This document shows, piece by piece, positions 48,834-60,178 of a stretch of DNA of 64,000 bases; positions within the stretch are counted from its first letter, which is position 1; every line of letters begins with the position of its first letter. A program made the position numbers and the translations under genes. The notes below the pieces were generated by a model, which saw only the letters and a program-made list of their open reading frames with translations, was not told the origin of the DNA and searched no databases. This stretch comes from an uncultured Synechococcus sp. (GTDB lineage: Bacteria; Cyanobacteriota; Cyanobacteriia; PCC-6307; Cyanobiaceae): positions 4,324 to 68,323 of the forward strand of contig CALGVO010000186.1 of NCBI GenBank assembly GCA_937930135.1, written 5' to 3'.

Positions 48834-49535
48834 TTGGAGCTGCATGCCCTTTTCCCCACTGTGGTCGCCACCGATCATCTCGATCTCGACCCTTTGGAGC
48901 TTGCGGCCCTCCTGCAGACGGTGCTGCAGTGTCGAGCTGAGGCCAGCGGCAACCCTGATCCAGGCTGTGCCTGGACCGGCGATCTCAACGGTGTGTGGCA
49001 GCTGCATCAGCATCCCGCCTGTCGGCTGATCACGGAGCAGGTGATCCAACGGGTTTGGGGGTATCTGGACGCGACCGGTTTCGACCTGACCCGTTTGGAG
49101 CTGCATCTCCAGCGCTGCTGGCCTGTGCTGAGTGACTGGGGCCAGGTGGTGGGGCGCCACCACCATCCCAATGCCCACCTCAGTGCCGTGCTGTATCTCA
49201 GTGGCGATGGCACCGGTGCCGATGGCTGCCTCTGTTTGCATGCTCCGAGCCAGTGCAATGAGCTCGTTCCCGGCCTGGCGGTGGGGCATGACGCGCCGAT
49301 TGCGCCCCATCACCCCTGCAATCAATCCCGTTGGACCTTGGCGCCCAAGCCTGGGTTGCTGGTGTTGTTTCCCTCCCGCCTCGACCACAGTGTTGAGGAG
49401 AACGGGGAGGCCGAGGCGCTACGGGTGTCGATCAGCTTTGATTTCGTGCTCACGGCACCCGCCAGCGGCGAACCCCCGGAATATCTGGCGCCCCATCCCG
49501 GGCACTGGCAGCGCTGCCCGCGCCCTGAGAACTGA
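48834..49535 (+). CDS. putative 2OG-Fe(II) oxygenase (TIGR02466-like)
   Basis: LFPT start, HHHPNAHLSAVLY, LVLFPSRLDHSV, RVSISFD; TTG 48834 chosen. Confidence 0.75.
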   Translation: MELHALFPTVVATDHLDLDPLELAALLQTVLQCRAEASGNPDPGCAWTGDLNGVWQLHQHPACRLITEQVIQRVWGYLDATGFDLTRLELHLQRCWPVLSDWGQVVGRHHHPNAHLSAVLYLSGDGTGADGCLCLHAPSQCNELVPGLAVGHDAPIAPHHPCNQSRWTLAPKPGLLVLFPSRLDHSVEENGEAEALRVSISFDFVLTAPASGEPPEYLAPHPGHWQRCPRPEN

Positions 49536-49599
49536 CAAGCGTGCCGCGCCGACCCTCCCTCCTGAGAGGATGCTGCTTCCCGGCACCGTTTCAACAAGG

Positions 49600-49938
49600 A
49601 TGAGCGATTCCACTGCGGCCCCCTCCTTCGCCATCACCGTTGAATTGGATGGTCAGCAGCATTCCTTTCCGTGTACCCCTGAGCAAACAGTGCTCGCCGC
49701 TGCCGAAGCGGCGGGTGTTCCTCTGCCCAGTTCCTGCTGCGCCGGGGTGTGCACGACTTGTGCGGCCCGCATCACCGAGGGCGAGGTGCATCAGCCCGAT
49801 GCCATGGGCGTGAAAGAGGAGCTGCGCCAGGAAGGATTTGCCCTTCTGTGTGTGTCCTATCCCCGTTCCGATCTCAAGGTGATTGCGGGTCAGGAAGATG
49901 CGCTGTATGAGGCCCAGTTCGGTCAGTATCAGAAGTGA
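49600..49938 (+). CDS. plant-type 2Fe-2S ferredoxin with C-terminal extension
   Basis: SCCAGVCTTC...LLCVSYP; tail EDALYEAQFGQYQK. Confidence 0.9.
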   Translation: MSDSTAAPSFAITVELDGQQHSFPCTPEQTVLAAAEAAGVPLPSSCCAGVCTTCAARITEGEVHQPDAMGVKEELRQEGFALLCVSYPRSDLKVIAGQEDALYEAQFGQYQK

Positions 49939-50123
49939 AGCTGCTGCACCGTCACATCACCCTGGTCTGTCCTCCAGGGTTGCCGGCGACTCAGCTGAGG
50001 TCTTGGTTGCATGATCAGCTGCGCCGGCACGGTGAGCCGCTGCGCTGGGCGATCACCTCGGCGGCACCCACTGCCGAGGGCGACAGCCGCCTGTTGCGCC
50101 TCGAGGCCGTGTGGATCCAGTGA
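49935..50123 (+). CDS. small hypothetical protein
   Basis: GTGA overlaps with both neighbours; GEPLRWAIT motif. Confidence 0.6.
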   Translation: MKLLHRHITLVCPPGLPATQLRSWLHDQLRRHGEPLRWAITSAAPTAEGDSRLLRLEAVWIQ

Positions 50124-51184
50124 CGGCAGCGTCTCTGCCCACCCTGCTGCTGGTGCCCACCGGCATCGGTTGTGCGATCGGTGGCTTTGCCGGGGATGCC
50201 CTGCCCACGGCGCGACTGTTGGCGGCGGCCTCCGGTTGCCTGGTGACCCATCCGAATGTGATGAACGGAGCCGCGCTCTACTGGAGCGATCCCCGTATCC
50301 ATTACGTGGAGGGCTACGCCCTGGATCGCTTTGCCGCCGGCGACTGGGCCCTGCAACCCGTGCGACAGCAACGGATCGGCCTCCTGCTGGATGCCGGGAT
50401 GGAGCCGGAGTTGCGCCAGCGCCATCTTCAGGTGGCGGATGGCTGCCGGGCCACGCTGGGGCTTGAGATCGGACCTGTGCTCAGCACCGACCAACCGCTC
50501 GGGGTCCATCTGGAGCTGGGGGAGAGCGGCGTGAGCTGGGGAGGCCTGAAGCATCCCGATGCCCTACTGCGGGCCGGAGAGCGCCTGAAAGACGCTGGTG
50601 CCACGGCGATTGCCGTGGTGGCGCGCTTTCCTGAGGACCCCGACAGCGAGGCTCTGGCGGCCTATCGCCACGGCAGTGGTGTGGATGCCCTCGCCGGTGC
50701 GGAGGCGGTGATCAGCCATGGGCTCGTGCGTCACCTGCGGATCCCCTGCGCCCACGCGCCGGCATTGTCGCCATTGCCCCTGGATCCGCAGCTCGATCCC
50801 CGCGCGGCGGGAGAGGAGCTGGGGTACACGTTTTTGGCCTGTGTGTTGGTGGGACTGAGCCGGGCACCGGATCTGGTGGAGCCAACCGGTCGCGCTGGCG
50901 TGACTGGCTTGCAGTTGCAGGCTGAGGATCTCGGTGCGGTGGTGGTGCCTGAAGGAGCCCTGGGCGGCGAGGCGGTGCTGGCGTGTATCGAGCGAGGGAT
51001 CCCGCTGATCACCGTCGCCAATGCCTCCCTGCTGCAGGTGACTGCGGCGGCGCTCGGCCTGGCGGACCGGGTGCTGCCGGCGGCGAGTTACGCCGAGGCG
51101 GCGGGGTTGGTGCTCAGCCTTCGGGAGGGGATTGCTCCCGCAGCGCTGCAGCGGCCGCTGCGGGCACTGCAGGAGAGTTGCTGA
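50120..51184 (+). CDS. DUF3326 family protein
   Basis: VPTGIGCAIGGFAGDA, THPNVMNGA, YVEGYALD, AGAEAVISH, PCAHAP. Confidence 0.8.
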   Translation: MTAASLPTLLLVPTGIGCAIGGFAGDALPTARLLAAASGCLVTHPNVMNGAALYWSDPRIHYVEGYALDRFAAGDWALQPVRQQRIGLLLDAGMEPELRQRHLQVADGCRATLGLEIGPVLSTDQPLGVHLELGESGVSWGGLKHPDALLRAGERLKDAGATAIAVVARFPEDPDSEALAAYRHGSGVDALAGAEAVISHGLVRHLRIPCAHAPALSPLPLDPQLDPRAAGEELGYTFLACVLVGLSRAPDLVEPTGRAGVTGLQLQAEDLGAVVVPEGALGGEAVLACIERGIPLITVANASLLQVTAAALGLADRVLPAASYAEAAGLVLSLREGIAPAALQRPLRALQESC

Positions 51185-51185
51185 T

Positions 51186-52325
51186 TCAGCGCAGGCAAGC
51201 CATCGGGTGTCTCGGGGGAACACCCAGAGCCTTGGCAACGCCTGGATGGCAGACGGCCCCTTGCACGGTGTTCAGGCCGGAGAGCAGTTCAGGCCGCTCG
51301 GTCACCGCTTCCTCCAGGCCGCGGCCGGCGATGCCGAGGATGTAAGGGAGCGTGACGCTGACCAGTGCTTCGGTGGAGGTGAACGGCACCGCACCGGGCA
51401 TGTTGCCCACGGCGTAGTGCTGCACGCCGTGGATGGTCACCGTGGGGTCGGTGTGGGTTGTTTCCCGGCTGGTGGCCACACAGCCCCCCTGATCGATCGC
51501 CACATCGACGATCACCGAGCCGGGTTGCATCTGTTGCACCATTTCTTCATCCACCAGCGTGGGGGCACGGCCGCCGGGGGTGAGCACGGCACCGATCAGC
51601 AGGTCGGCGGTGGGCACCAGCCGTTCCAGCAAGCCGCGGCTGCTCACCACGCTCATCAGCCGCCCGCGCCGGTCGGCTTCCAAACTGCGCAACCGTTCGG
51701 GGGAGCGATCCAGCAGCATCACCTCCGCATCCATTGCCGCTGCCAGTCGGGCCGCATTCCAACCCACCGTGCCGGCCCCGAGCACCACCACCCGGGCCGG
51801 ACGCACGCCGGTGCAGCCACCGATCAGCACGCCGCGACCACCGTTCGGCCTCTCCAGCAGCCGCGCGCCCACCTGGGCCGCGAGCCGCCCGGCGATTTCG
51901 CTCATCGGCGCCAGCAGCGGCAGGCTGCCATTTTCGAGTTGCACCGTCTCGTAGGCCACGCCGGTTGTGCCCGCATCCAGCAGGGCCTGGCCCACCTTCG
52001 GGTAAGCGGCCAGATGCAGGTAGGTGAACAGCACCATGTCATCGCGAAGGAACCGGAACTCCTCCTCTTGCGGTTCTTTCACTTTCACCACCAGATGGGC
52101 AGCCCAGGCGGTGTCCCGGTCCACCACGTGGGCGCCGGCCGCTGCAAAGGCCGCATCGGCGATGCCGGCGCCATCACCGGCGCCGGCCTGCACGCGCACC
52201 TCCAACCCCTGGGTGACCAGATCCCTGACCCCATCAGGGGTGAGGGCCACCCGCTGCTCATCCGCTTTGATTTCGGTGGGAACCCCAATGCTCGCCATTG
52301 GAGCGGTGAGAACGGAGTGGGCCAT
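51186..52325 (-). CDS. ald: alanine dehydrogenase
   Basis: GVPTEIK, VKVKEP, FTYLHLAA, PLLAPMSEIAGR, DVAIDQGGC, NMPGAVP. Confidence 0.96.
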   Translation of the reverse strand: MAHSVLTAPMASIGVPTEIKADEQRVALTPDGVRDLVTQGLEVRVQAGAGDGAGIADAAFAAAGAHVVDRDTAWAAHLVVKVKEPQEEEFRFLRDDMVLFTYLHLAAYPKVGQALLDAGTTGVAYETVQLENGSLPLLAPMSEIAGRLAAQVGARLLERPNGGRGVLIGGCTGVRPARVVVLGAGTVGWNAARLAAAMDAEVMLLDRSPERLRSLEADRRGRLMSVVSSRGLLERLVPTADLLIGAVLTPGGRAPTLVDEEMVQQMQPGSVIVDVAIDQGGCVATSRETTHTDPTVTIHGVQHYAVGNMPGAVPFTSTEALVSVTLPYILGIAGRGLEEAVTERPELLSGLNTVQGAVCHPGVAKALGVPPRHPMACLR

Positions 52326-52353
52326 GGCTGCGGGGCTGTTGCCTCAATCTGGC

Positions 52354-54111
52354 TCAGACGGCGGCGATCGGCAGCCGCCAGCCTGTGCCGAAAGCCTGAC
52401 GGCTCACCTTCAATAGCGGCGGCGCCTGGCGTCGTTTGAATTCGGCTCGGCGGAACAGGCGCAGCACCCGGGTGACCGTGTCGGGGGCATGGCCCCGCTG
52501 CAGTAACGCCTCCTCACCACAATGCTCTTCGATCAGGTCGCGCAGCAGCGGATCGAGCACGGCGTAATCGGGCAGAGAATCGCTGTCTTTCTGGTCGGGC
52601 TTCAATTCGGCGCTGGGGGGTTTCTCCCGGATGGCGCGCCCCACCAGTTCGCCGCTGGCCGGCAGCCCCAGCTCGCTGCGGCATGCCTGGCTGGCGGGAT
52701 TGTCGAGCCAGTCGCAGAGCGCGAAGACGGTCGATTTGTAGAGGTCACCGATCACCGCCAGGCCTCCGTTCATGTCGCCATAGAGGGTGCAATACCCCAC
52801 TGCCAGTTCCGACTTGTTGCCGGTGGAGAGCAGCAACTGCCCCTGCTGGTTGGCCACGGCCATCAATAGGGTGCCGCGGATACGCGACTGGAGATTCTCG
52901 GCGGTTACATCCGCTGGCGGACCATGGAGCACCGGCGTCAGTGTGGCAGCGAAGCTGGCCATGAGCGCCTCGATTGGTGTGGTGTCGGTGTGGAGGCCCA
53001 GCCGTTGCGCTAAAGCGTCGGCATCCTCGATCGAGCCCCTGGAGCTCCAGGGGGAGGGCATCAGCAGGGCCTGCACCCGATCGGCCCCGAGGGCAGCGCA
53101 GGCGATCACGGCCACCAGGGCGGAATCGATGCCTCCACTGAGGCCGAGCAGGGCGCGCTGGAAGCCACATTTGCCGGCGTAATCGTGCACCCCCAGCACC
53201 AGAGCGCGGAGCAGTTGCTCTTCGCGGTTCATGACGACGTGATCGCGCCTGGTCGCTGAGGGACCTTTGGGGCTGAGCTCAGAAGCGGCGGGAGTGCTGC
53301 CGGCATCCCAGAGGTCCAGGGCTTCCTTGCAGATCGGCAGCTGCAGGGCGAGCGTGGGTGCGGCCTGATCTTCCTCCCTGGGGCGGTCGATCACAAAGCT
53401 GCCGCCATCAAAGATCAGCTCATCGTTGCCGCCCACCTGATTCACATAGATCACCGGGCAGTTGAGGCGGGCGGCGGCCCGAGCGGCCAGCTCGCGGCGC
53501 AGGGGGGATTTCTTCTGGGCGAACGGGGAGGCGGAAAGATTGAGCAGCAGATCCACGCCGAGCGGTTCGAGGGCCGCCACAGGATCGGGGCCTGTGAGCC
53601 GCTGGTTCTGGAGCGCGGGCTCCACCCAGAGGTCTTCGCAGATGGTGAGTCCCAGACGCCAGGACTGCCCGGCCAGGTTGAGGGTCAGGCAGGAGGGGCC
53701 GCTGGCGGCCCGGAAGTAGCGGCTTTCATCAAACACGTCGTAGCTGGGGAGCAGCTGTTTGCGGCCCACCACCCGCCACCGTCCCCCCTGGATCAAGGCC
53801 ACGGCATTGAACAGATGGGGCAGAGCGCTGTCGCCGGCCGGTTCCACCACGCCCACCAGAACGGCCAGCGCCGGGGCGAGGTCGTGCAGGTCTTGGCTCA
53901 GCTGGTCCATTACCGTCTGTTGCTGCGCCACCCCTCTGGGGTTGAGCAACAGGTCGCGCGGCGGATAGCCCCAGAGCGAGAGTTCCGGCGTCAGCAGCAG
54001 ATCCGCCGGTTCGCCCTGTTGCTGGCTCTGTTGGCAGGCGGCGAAGATGCGCGCGGCATTGCCAGGTAGATCGCCCACCAGTGGATTGATCTGGGCCAGG
54101 GCGATGCGCAT
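52354..54111 (-). CDS. nadE: glutamine-dependent NAD+ synthetase
   Basis: Nitrilase domain (PEL, KQLLP, ICEDLW), then GLSGGIDS, NLQSRIRG, PPSAEL. Confidence 0.95.
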   Translation of the reverse strand: MRIALAQINPLVGDLPGNAARIFAACQQSQQQGEPADLLLTPELSLWGYPPRDLLLNPRGVAQQQTVMDQLSQDLHDLAPALAVLVGVVEPAGDSALPHLFNAVALIQGGRWRVVGRKQLLPSYDVFDESRYFRAASGPSCLTLNLAGQSWRLGLTICEDLWVEPALQNQRLTGPDPVAALEPLGVDLLLNLSASPFAQKKSPLRRELAARAAARLNCPVIYVNQVGGNDELIFDGGSFVIDRPREEDQAAPTLALQLPICKEALDLWDAGSTPAASELSPKGPSATRRDHVVMNREEQLLRALVLGVHDYAGKCGFQRALLGLSGGIDSALVAVIACAALGADRVQALLMPSPWSSRGSIEDADALAQRLGLHTDTTPIEALMASFAATLTPVLHGPPADVTAENLQSRIRGTLLMAVANQQGQLLLSTGNKSELAVGYCTLYGDMNGGLAVIGDLYKSTVFALCDWLDNPASQACRSELGLPASGELVGRAIREKPPSAELKPDQKDSDSLPDYAVLDPLLRDLIEEHCGEEALLQRGHAPDTVTRVLRLFRRAEFKRRQAPPLLKVSRQAFGTGWRLPIAAV

Positions 54112-54117
54112 GGATCT

Positions 54118-54702
54118 TCAGCCCGAGCCGGGGGCAAAACCATAGAAATTGTGCTTCAGCAGCAGGGGGTGCAGGGCCGCTGGAATCTGGTCCGCGGCCG
54201 GCCGTTGCCGGATGCTCGAACTGGCCGTTGCTGGAATCGTGAGCGGCAAGATCTCCACCTGGCCGCCCAGGTTGCGCAGTTGATCGAGATCCTGGTGCTG
54301 GATCGGCCATCCTTGGCGGGGCACGATCACCAGCCGGCAGCGTTGCAGCAGCGATGCCGCGTCTTTCCAGTGGGGGATCTGGCCAGTGAGGTCACTGCCC
54401 ACCACAAAGCTGAGGGGGCAACCGGGCCAGCGCGCTTCGGCGCGTTGCAGGGTGGTGATCGCATACGGGCTGCTGAGCTCCTGCACCAGCTGCAACTGGG
54501 GGGCCTGCATCGACCGCACGAGGGTGCTGAGCAATTCGAGGCGCTGCTCCAGGGGGATGGCGTGCTGCTTGGAGGGGTTGTCGCTCGCCCAGGTGGCCAC
54601 CTGGGCAAAGCGATGGGTCAGTCCCTCCAGCAGGGCCTGATGCCCGCAGGTGGGCGGATCGGCGCTGGTGCCGAACAGGGCAAGGCCAGGATCTGCCGTC
54701 AT
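54118..54702 (-). CDS. nadD: nicotinate-nucleotide adenylyltransferase
   Basis: FGTSADPPTCGH, VVGSD, SSSIR; ATGA overlap with the upstream gene. Confidence 0.9.
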   Translation of the reverse strand: MTADPGLALFGTSADPPTCGHQALLEGLTHRFAQVATWASDNPSKQHAIPLEQRLELLSTLVRSMQAPQLQLVQELSSPYAITTLQRAEARWPGCPLSFVVGSDLTGQIPHWKDAASLLQRCRLVIVPRQGWPIQHQDLDQLRNLGGQVEILPLTIPATASSSIRQRPAADQIPAALHPLLLKHNFYGFAPGSG

Positions 54703-56045
54703 GGCAGCAGCTCTCGCAGGCCGCTCCGATCCCGGCGCTGGGGCCACGCCATCAGAAGTCTCCCCAGCGTGGCGTCCTGCCAGGCGAGCCGTTTCAGCAG
54801 GCTGGTGGGCTGTGGTTGGCTCCGCCGGCCTCGGCCCCGTTGCTCCAGCAGCCAGTGAGCGGTGAGTCGCCCGGTGCGGCGGGTGGTGTGGACGGCCAGA
54901 ACCGCCTGGGCCATGGCCACCGGTGCCGCTGGCGCCAGGGAGAGCCCGGCCGTGAATGGGGCCGCCACCAGCAGCAGCTGGCGGACACCGCTGAGGGCTA
55001 CCTGAATGCCCAGTTGGGCCCCGCCGATCAGGGCGTTGTGGCCGGAGAGCCGCTGCAGCAGCCGGCGGGCGGCGGGTCCCCCCATGGGCAGGTCATAAAG
55101 CTGGCAGAGCTGCACCACCAGGGCCGTGTCGCAGGCGAGACCTCCGGCCAGGTCCAGCAGCACCAAGGGATTGGCGGCGACACCCGCCGCCTTGAGGGCG
55201 GCGTAGCGACCGATCAGTCCCTGGGCCGCCTGACGCCTGCGCTTCAGGCGACCAGCCTCGAGCGCCTGTTGCAGTCGTTCCGCCTGGCGCAAGGCGTTGA
55301 GGGCGAGCAGGGCCGGCCCCTGCGCCTCCAGCCACTGCTGCAGGCCTGTGGCCAGCGCCGCGATCCGGGCGGCCATGGCCCGGCTGCGCACCCGGCCGTC
55401 CTCCAGCCGCACCGCCTGACGCGGTGCGGCGGCCACCGCCACGGGGGCGACCATGCCGTTGGGGAGTCGCCGCTGGATGCTTTGCAGCAAGGCGTCGAGC
55501 TCGTGTGGGGGCCAGCAATCGCTGCGGTTGAGTACCGGCAGCACGGGTTTGCCGCCGTCGCGCAGGGCCTCGAGGGCCTCCAGCTCCACACGGGTGATGT
55601 CGCCATCCAGCACCAACAACACCAGATCGGCCTGCAGCGCCACCCGAGCGGCCAGCCGGGCCCGTCCGGCGGCGGCGACCTCATCGATGCCTGGAGTGTC
55701 CACCAGATCCACGCCCGTCAGCCCCGGCACAGCGATCGGCCAGGGCACGGCCTGCTGTTGGCGGGTGCAGCCATGGGCCACGTCGGTGGCCAGCACTGCC
55801 TCCCCCACCAACGCATTCACAAGGCTCGATTTCCCCACACCCACACGCCCGAACACCGCCACCCGCAGCCGTCGCTGAGCCAGCCGATCGAGTTGGCGTT
55901 CCAGCGCCTTGAGGTTGCCGGCCAGCAGCGTGGTTTCCCTCGGGGTGAGGTGCAGCTCCGCACGCCACTGCTCCAGCAGCTGCAGGCAACGTTTCAGGGT
56001 GGATGGCCCGCCTTCGCAGGTATGGGTGGGATCGCTGGCTCTCAT
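54699..56045 (-). CDS. Era-like GTPase with DUF697/YcjF-type C-terminal domain
   Basis: GRVGVGKS, DTPG, NRSD; hydrophobic C-terminus (NPLVLLDL). Confidence 0.82.
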   Translation of the reverse strand: MRASDPTHTCEGGPSTLKRCLQLLEQWRAELHLTPRETTLLAGNLKALERQLDRLAQRRLRVAVFGRVGVGKSSLVNALVGEAVLATDVAHGCTRQQQAVPWPIAVPGLTGVDLVDTPGIDEVAAAGRARLAARVALQADLVLLVLDGDITRVELEALEALRDGGKPVLPVLNRSDCWPPHELDALLQSIQRRLPNGMVAPVAVAAAPRQAVRLEDGRVRSRAMAARIAALATGLQQWLEAQGPALLALNALRQAERLQQALEAGRLKRRRQAAQGLIGRYAALKAAGVAANPLVLLDLAGGLACDTALVVQLCQLYDLPMGGPAARRLLQRLSGHNALIGGAQLGIQVALSGVRQLLLVAAPFTAGLSLAPAAPVAMAQAVLAVHTTRRTGRLTAHWLLEQRGRGRRSQPQPTSLLKRLAWQDATLGRLLMAWPQRRDRSGLRELLP

Positions 56046-57055
56046 TCCGGTATCCCCACGCTCGCACCCTTGCGCCACCAGCCGGCTAGCACCGCCAGCA
56101 CCGCATCGGCACCGATCACGCCCACAAAGCCGCCGAACTCATCCACTACCACGCGCACACCACTGTTGTCGCGTCGGAAGCTGGTGAGCAAGCGGTCGGC
56201 CCGAATCATCTCGGGCACGAACTCCACCGGCTCGCAGAGATCAGCGGCGCTGAGCTGACCACGCTGCTCCAGCAGGGCTTTCAGCAGCTGGTCGCGGCTG
56301 GCCACCCCGAGCACCCGATCCACCTCGGCGCCGAGCACCACCCACCAGGCCGAGGGGTTCGCCAGCAGCTGGGGGCGGAGGGCTTCCAGTGTTGCCGCAC
56401 CCTCCAGGGTGGGTGCGGCCACGCGGGGGGTCATCAGATCCCTGGCGGTGAGGTCATTGAGTTGGAACACCTTGGCGATCATCGCCGCCTCATCGGCTTC
56501 GATCTGTCCTTTCTGGGAGCCGAGGCGTGCCAGCAGCCGGATTTCGTTCTCGTCGGTGCTGATTTCGTTCTCTTCACTGATCGCCGGCAGCAAGCGCTCC
56601 AGCAGCAGCACCAGGGGGCGCATCAGCACCCCGAGCCAGTGCAGCACCGGCGCGCTGGCCAGGGCCACGGGGAGGGCGAGACGGGTGCCGATCGCCTTGG
56701 GAAGAATTTCACCCAGCAGAATCACCAGCACGGTGAGGGCCACTGAAAACAGCGGCAGGGCCACGTCGCTGAACTGGTTTTTCTGAAACACCCAGGCGGC
56801 GTAGCCGCCGAGCATCATGCTGCCGAAAATGTTGAAGCCGTTGTTGGCGATCACCAACACCGAGAGGGTGCGGCCGAGGCGTTGACGCAACTGGGCCAGC
56901 CGTCGTGCCCCCGCTGGCGGGCCTGTCCGTGCGGCCAGCTCGTGCACGCGCACGGGATTGACCGTGAGCAGGGCCGCTTCAACCCCCGAGCAGACGGCGG
57001 ATCCTGCCAGCACCACCAGCACCATCAACAGCAGGATCAGCAGGTCGGTGGTCAT
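56042..57055 (-). CDS. CNNM/DUF21 + CBS domain protein (CorB/HlyC-like)
   Basis: SGVEAAL, GEILPK, DLMTPR, VVDEFGG. Confidence 0.88.
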   Translation of the reverse strand: MTTDLLILLLMVLVVLAGSAVCSGVEAALLTVNPVRVHELAARTGPPAGARRLAQLRQRLGRTLSVLVIANNGFNIFGSMMLGGYAAWVFQKNQFSDVALPLFSVALTVLVILLGEILPKAIGTRLALPVALASAPVLHWLGVLMRPLVLLLERLLPAISEENEISTDENEIRLLARLGSQKGQIEADEAAMIAKVFQLNDLTARDLMTPRVAAPTLEGAATLEALRPQLLANPSAWWVVLGAEVDRVLGVASRDQLLKALLEQRGQLSAADLCEPVEFVPEMIRADRLLTSFRRDNSGVRVVVDEFGGFVGVIGADAVLAVLAGWWRKGASVGIPE

Positions 57056-57108
57056 GCCGGGGTGCTTTGCCTGCCATCCTGACGGTTCCCTGTCACTCTG
57101 TCTCCGCC

Positions 57109-58443
57109 GTGATCGACCAGCAGCGTCATGCCCAGCGACGTGAGCGCTGTTTCGCTGAGCTCGGTGGTGCGGCCGCGGTGATCCCGGCGGCGACGCTGGT
57201 CACACACCATGCCGATTGCGAGTGGCCGTTCCGGCAGGACAGCGACTTCTGGTATCTCACCGGATTCGACGAACCCGATGCGGTGGCGCTGCTGTTGCCC
57301 CACCGAGCGGAGGGTGAGCGCTACGTGCTGTTTGTGAATCCGCGCGAGCCCGGTGCCGAGGTGTGGACCGGGCGGCGCTGGGGCTGTGAGGGAGCGGTGG
57401 AGCACTACGGGGCGGACATCGCCCACCCCCGCGATGAGCTGGAACAACGCCTGCCGGAGTATCTCAAGGGTGCGGAGGGCATCGCCTTTCGGGTCGGGCG
57501 GCATCCCGCCGTGGAACCCCTGGTGCTGAAGGCCTGGGCCCAGCAGCTGGATCGGGCGCCGCGCAGTGGTGCAGCGGCCCTGGGGTTGGTGGCTCCCTGC
57601 CCGATGCTGCATCGGCTGCGATTGCGCAAGGAGCCGGAGGAGCTGGTGCGTCTGCGGCAGGCCTGCCGCATTTCGGCGGAGGCCCATGAGCTGGCCCGCG
57701 CTGCTGTGGAGCCGGGGATGGGCGAACGACAGGTGCAGGCCCTGATCGAACAGCATTTTCTCGCCGCCGGGGCCCGCGGGCCGGCCTACAGCTCGATCGT
57801 GGCCGGTGGCGACAACGCCTGCGTGCTCCATTACATCGACAATCGGGATCTCTTGCGTGACGGAGATCTGCTGCTGATCGACGCAGGCTGTTCCCTTCCC
57901 GATTACTACAACGGCGACATCACCCGCACTTTTCCAGTGAACGGGCGCTTCCGTGCGGAGCAGCGGCAGCTGTATGAACTGGTGCTGTCGGCCCAGGAGG
58001 CCGCAGTGGCGGCGGTGCAACCGGGTGCGACCGCGGAGCATGTGCATCAGACCGCCCTGCGGCAGCTGGTGGAGGGCTTGCTGGAGCTCGGCCTGCTGCG
58101 CGGCGACGTCGACAGCGTGATTGAGCAGGGCGCCTATCGCCACCTCTACATGCACCGCACCGGCCATTGGCTCGGGTTGGATGTGCACGATGTGGGGGCC
58201 TATCGCCTCGGTGAGCATCCGGTGGAACTGGAGCCGGGCATGGTGCTCACGGTGGAACCGGGGCTCTACGTGAGCGATCGCTTGCCCGTGCCTGAGGGGC
58301 AGCCGGCGATCGAGGAGCGCTGGAAGGGTATCGGCATCCGCATCGAGGATGATGTGGCCGTGCGCGATCGCGCTGAGGTGGCCTGCGGCCATGAGGTGCT
58401 CACGTCCGCAGCCGCCAAGAGCCTGGCGGCGATGGAGCGCTGA
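57109..58443 (+). CDS. pepP: Xaa-Pro aminopeptidase P
   Basis: FRQDSDFWYLTG, DAG, DITRT, HRTGHWLGLDVHD, TVEPG, GIRIEDD. Confidence 0.93.
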   Translation: MIDQQRHAQRRERCFAELGGAAAVIPAATLVTHHADCEWPFRQDSDFWYLTGFDEPDAVALLLPHRAEGERYVLFVNPREPGAEVWTGRRWGCEGAVEHYGADIAHPRDELEQRLPEYLKGAEGIAFRVGRHPAVEPLVLKAWAQQLDRAPRSGAAALGLVAPCPMLHRLRLRKEPEELVRLRQACRISAEAHELARAAVEPGMGERQVQALIEQHFLAAGARGPAYSSIVAGGDNACVLHYIDNRDLLRDGDLLLIDAGCSLPDYYNGDITRTFPVNGRFRAEQRQLYELVLSAQEAAVAAVQPGATAEHVHQTALRQLVEGLLELGLLRGDVDSVIEQGAYRHLYMHRTGHWLGLDVHDVGAYRLGEHPVELEPGMVLTVEPGLYVSDRLPVPEGQPAIEERWKGIGIRIEDDVAVRDRAEVACGHEVLTSAAAKSLAAMER

Positions 58444-58466
58444 GCGGCGATCTCACAATCTGGCGG

Positions 58467-58589
58467 TCACACAACCTGCAGGGCAACCCACACCACCCCC
58501 ACCGTGAGCAGCATCGGGCTGACCAGCATCAGCAAACCGTGATGCAGCGCACTTCGGGATTCGGATCCCGCCTCAGGCGCATGGGACAT
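58467..58589 (-). CDS. possible 40-aa membrane peptide
   Basis: MSHAPEAGSESRSALHHGLLMLVSPMLLTVGVVWVALQVV; C-terminal hydrophobic helix. Confidence 0.35.
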   Translation of the reverse strand: MSHAPEAGSESRSALHHGLLMLVSPMLLTVGVVWVALQVV

Positions 58590-58621
58590 GTCCCTGCGCA
58601 ACACGCTCCAAGGCCTTCCGT

Positions 58622-60013
<1,392 letters not shown>

Positions 60014-60068
60014 GGTTGGGTTGCCATTGCCTCTTGGGTACAGATCGACACAAGCGGACCATGTCATG

Positions 60069-60091
60069 ACCGCCCTTTCGGGCGGTTTTTT
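60069..60091 (+). terminator. intrinsic terminator after PSRP-3
   Basis: CCGCCC-TTTC-GGGCGG-TTTTTT. Confidence 0.8.
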
Positions 60092-60115
60092 GATGGCTGA
60101 TCGCGACCCGCGGGC

Positions 60116-60139
60116 AAAAAAAATCTCCCCGGAGGGAGA
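60116..60139 (-). terminator. intrinsic terminator after atpC
   Basis: Minus strand TCTCCC-TCCG-GGGAGA followed by T8. Confidence 0.75.
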
Positions 60140-60178
60140 CGCGTCTGGCACTTGAACGGAGACGACGATTGGATGAAA

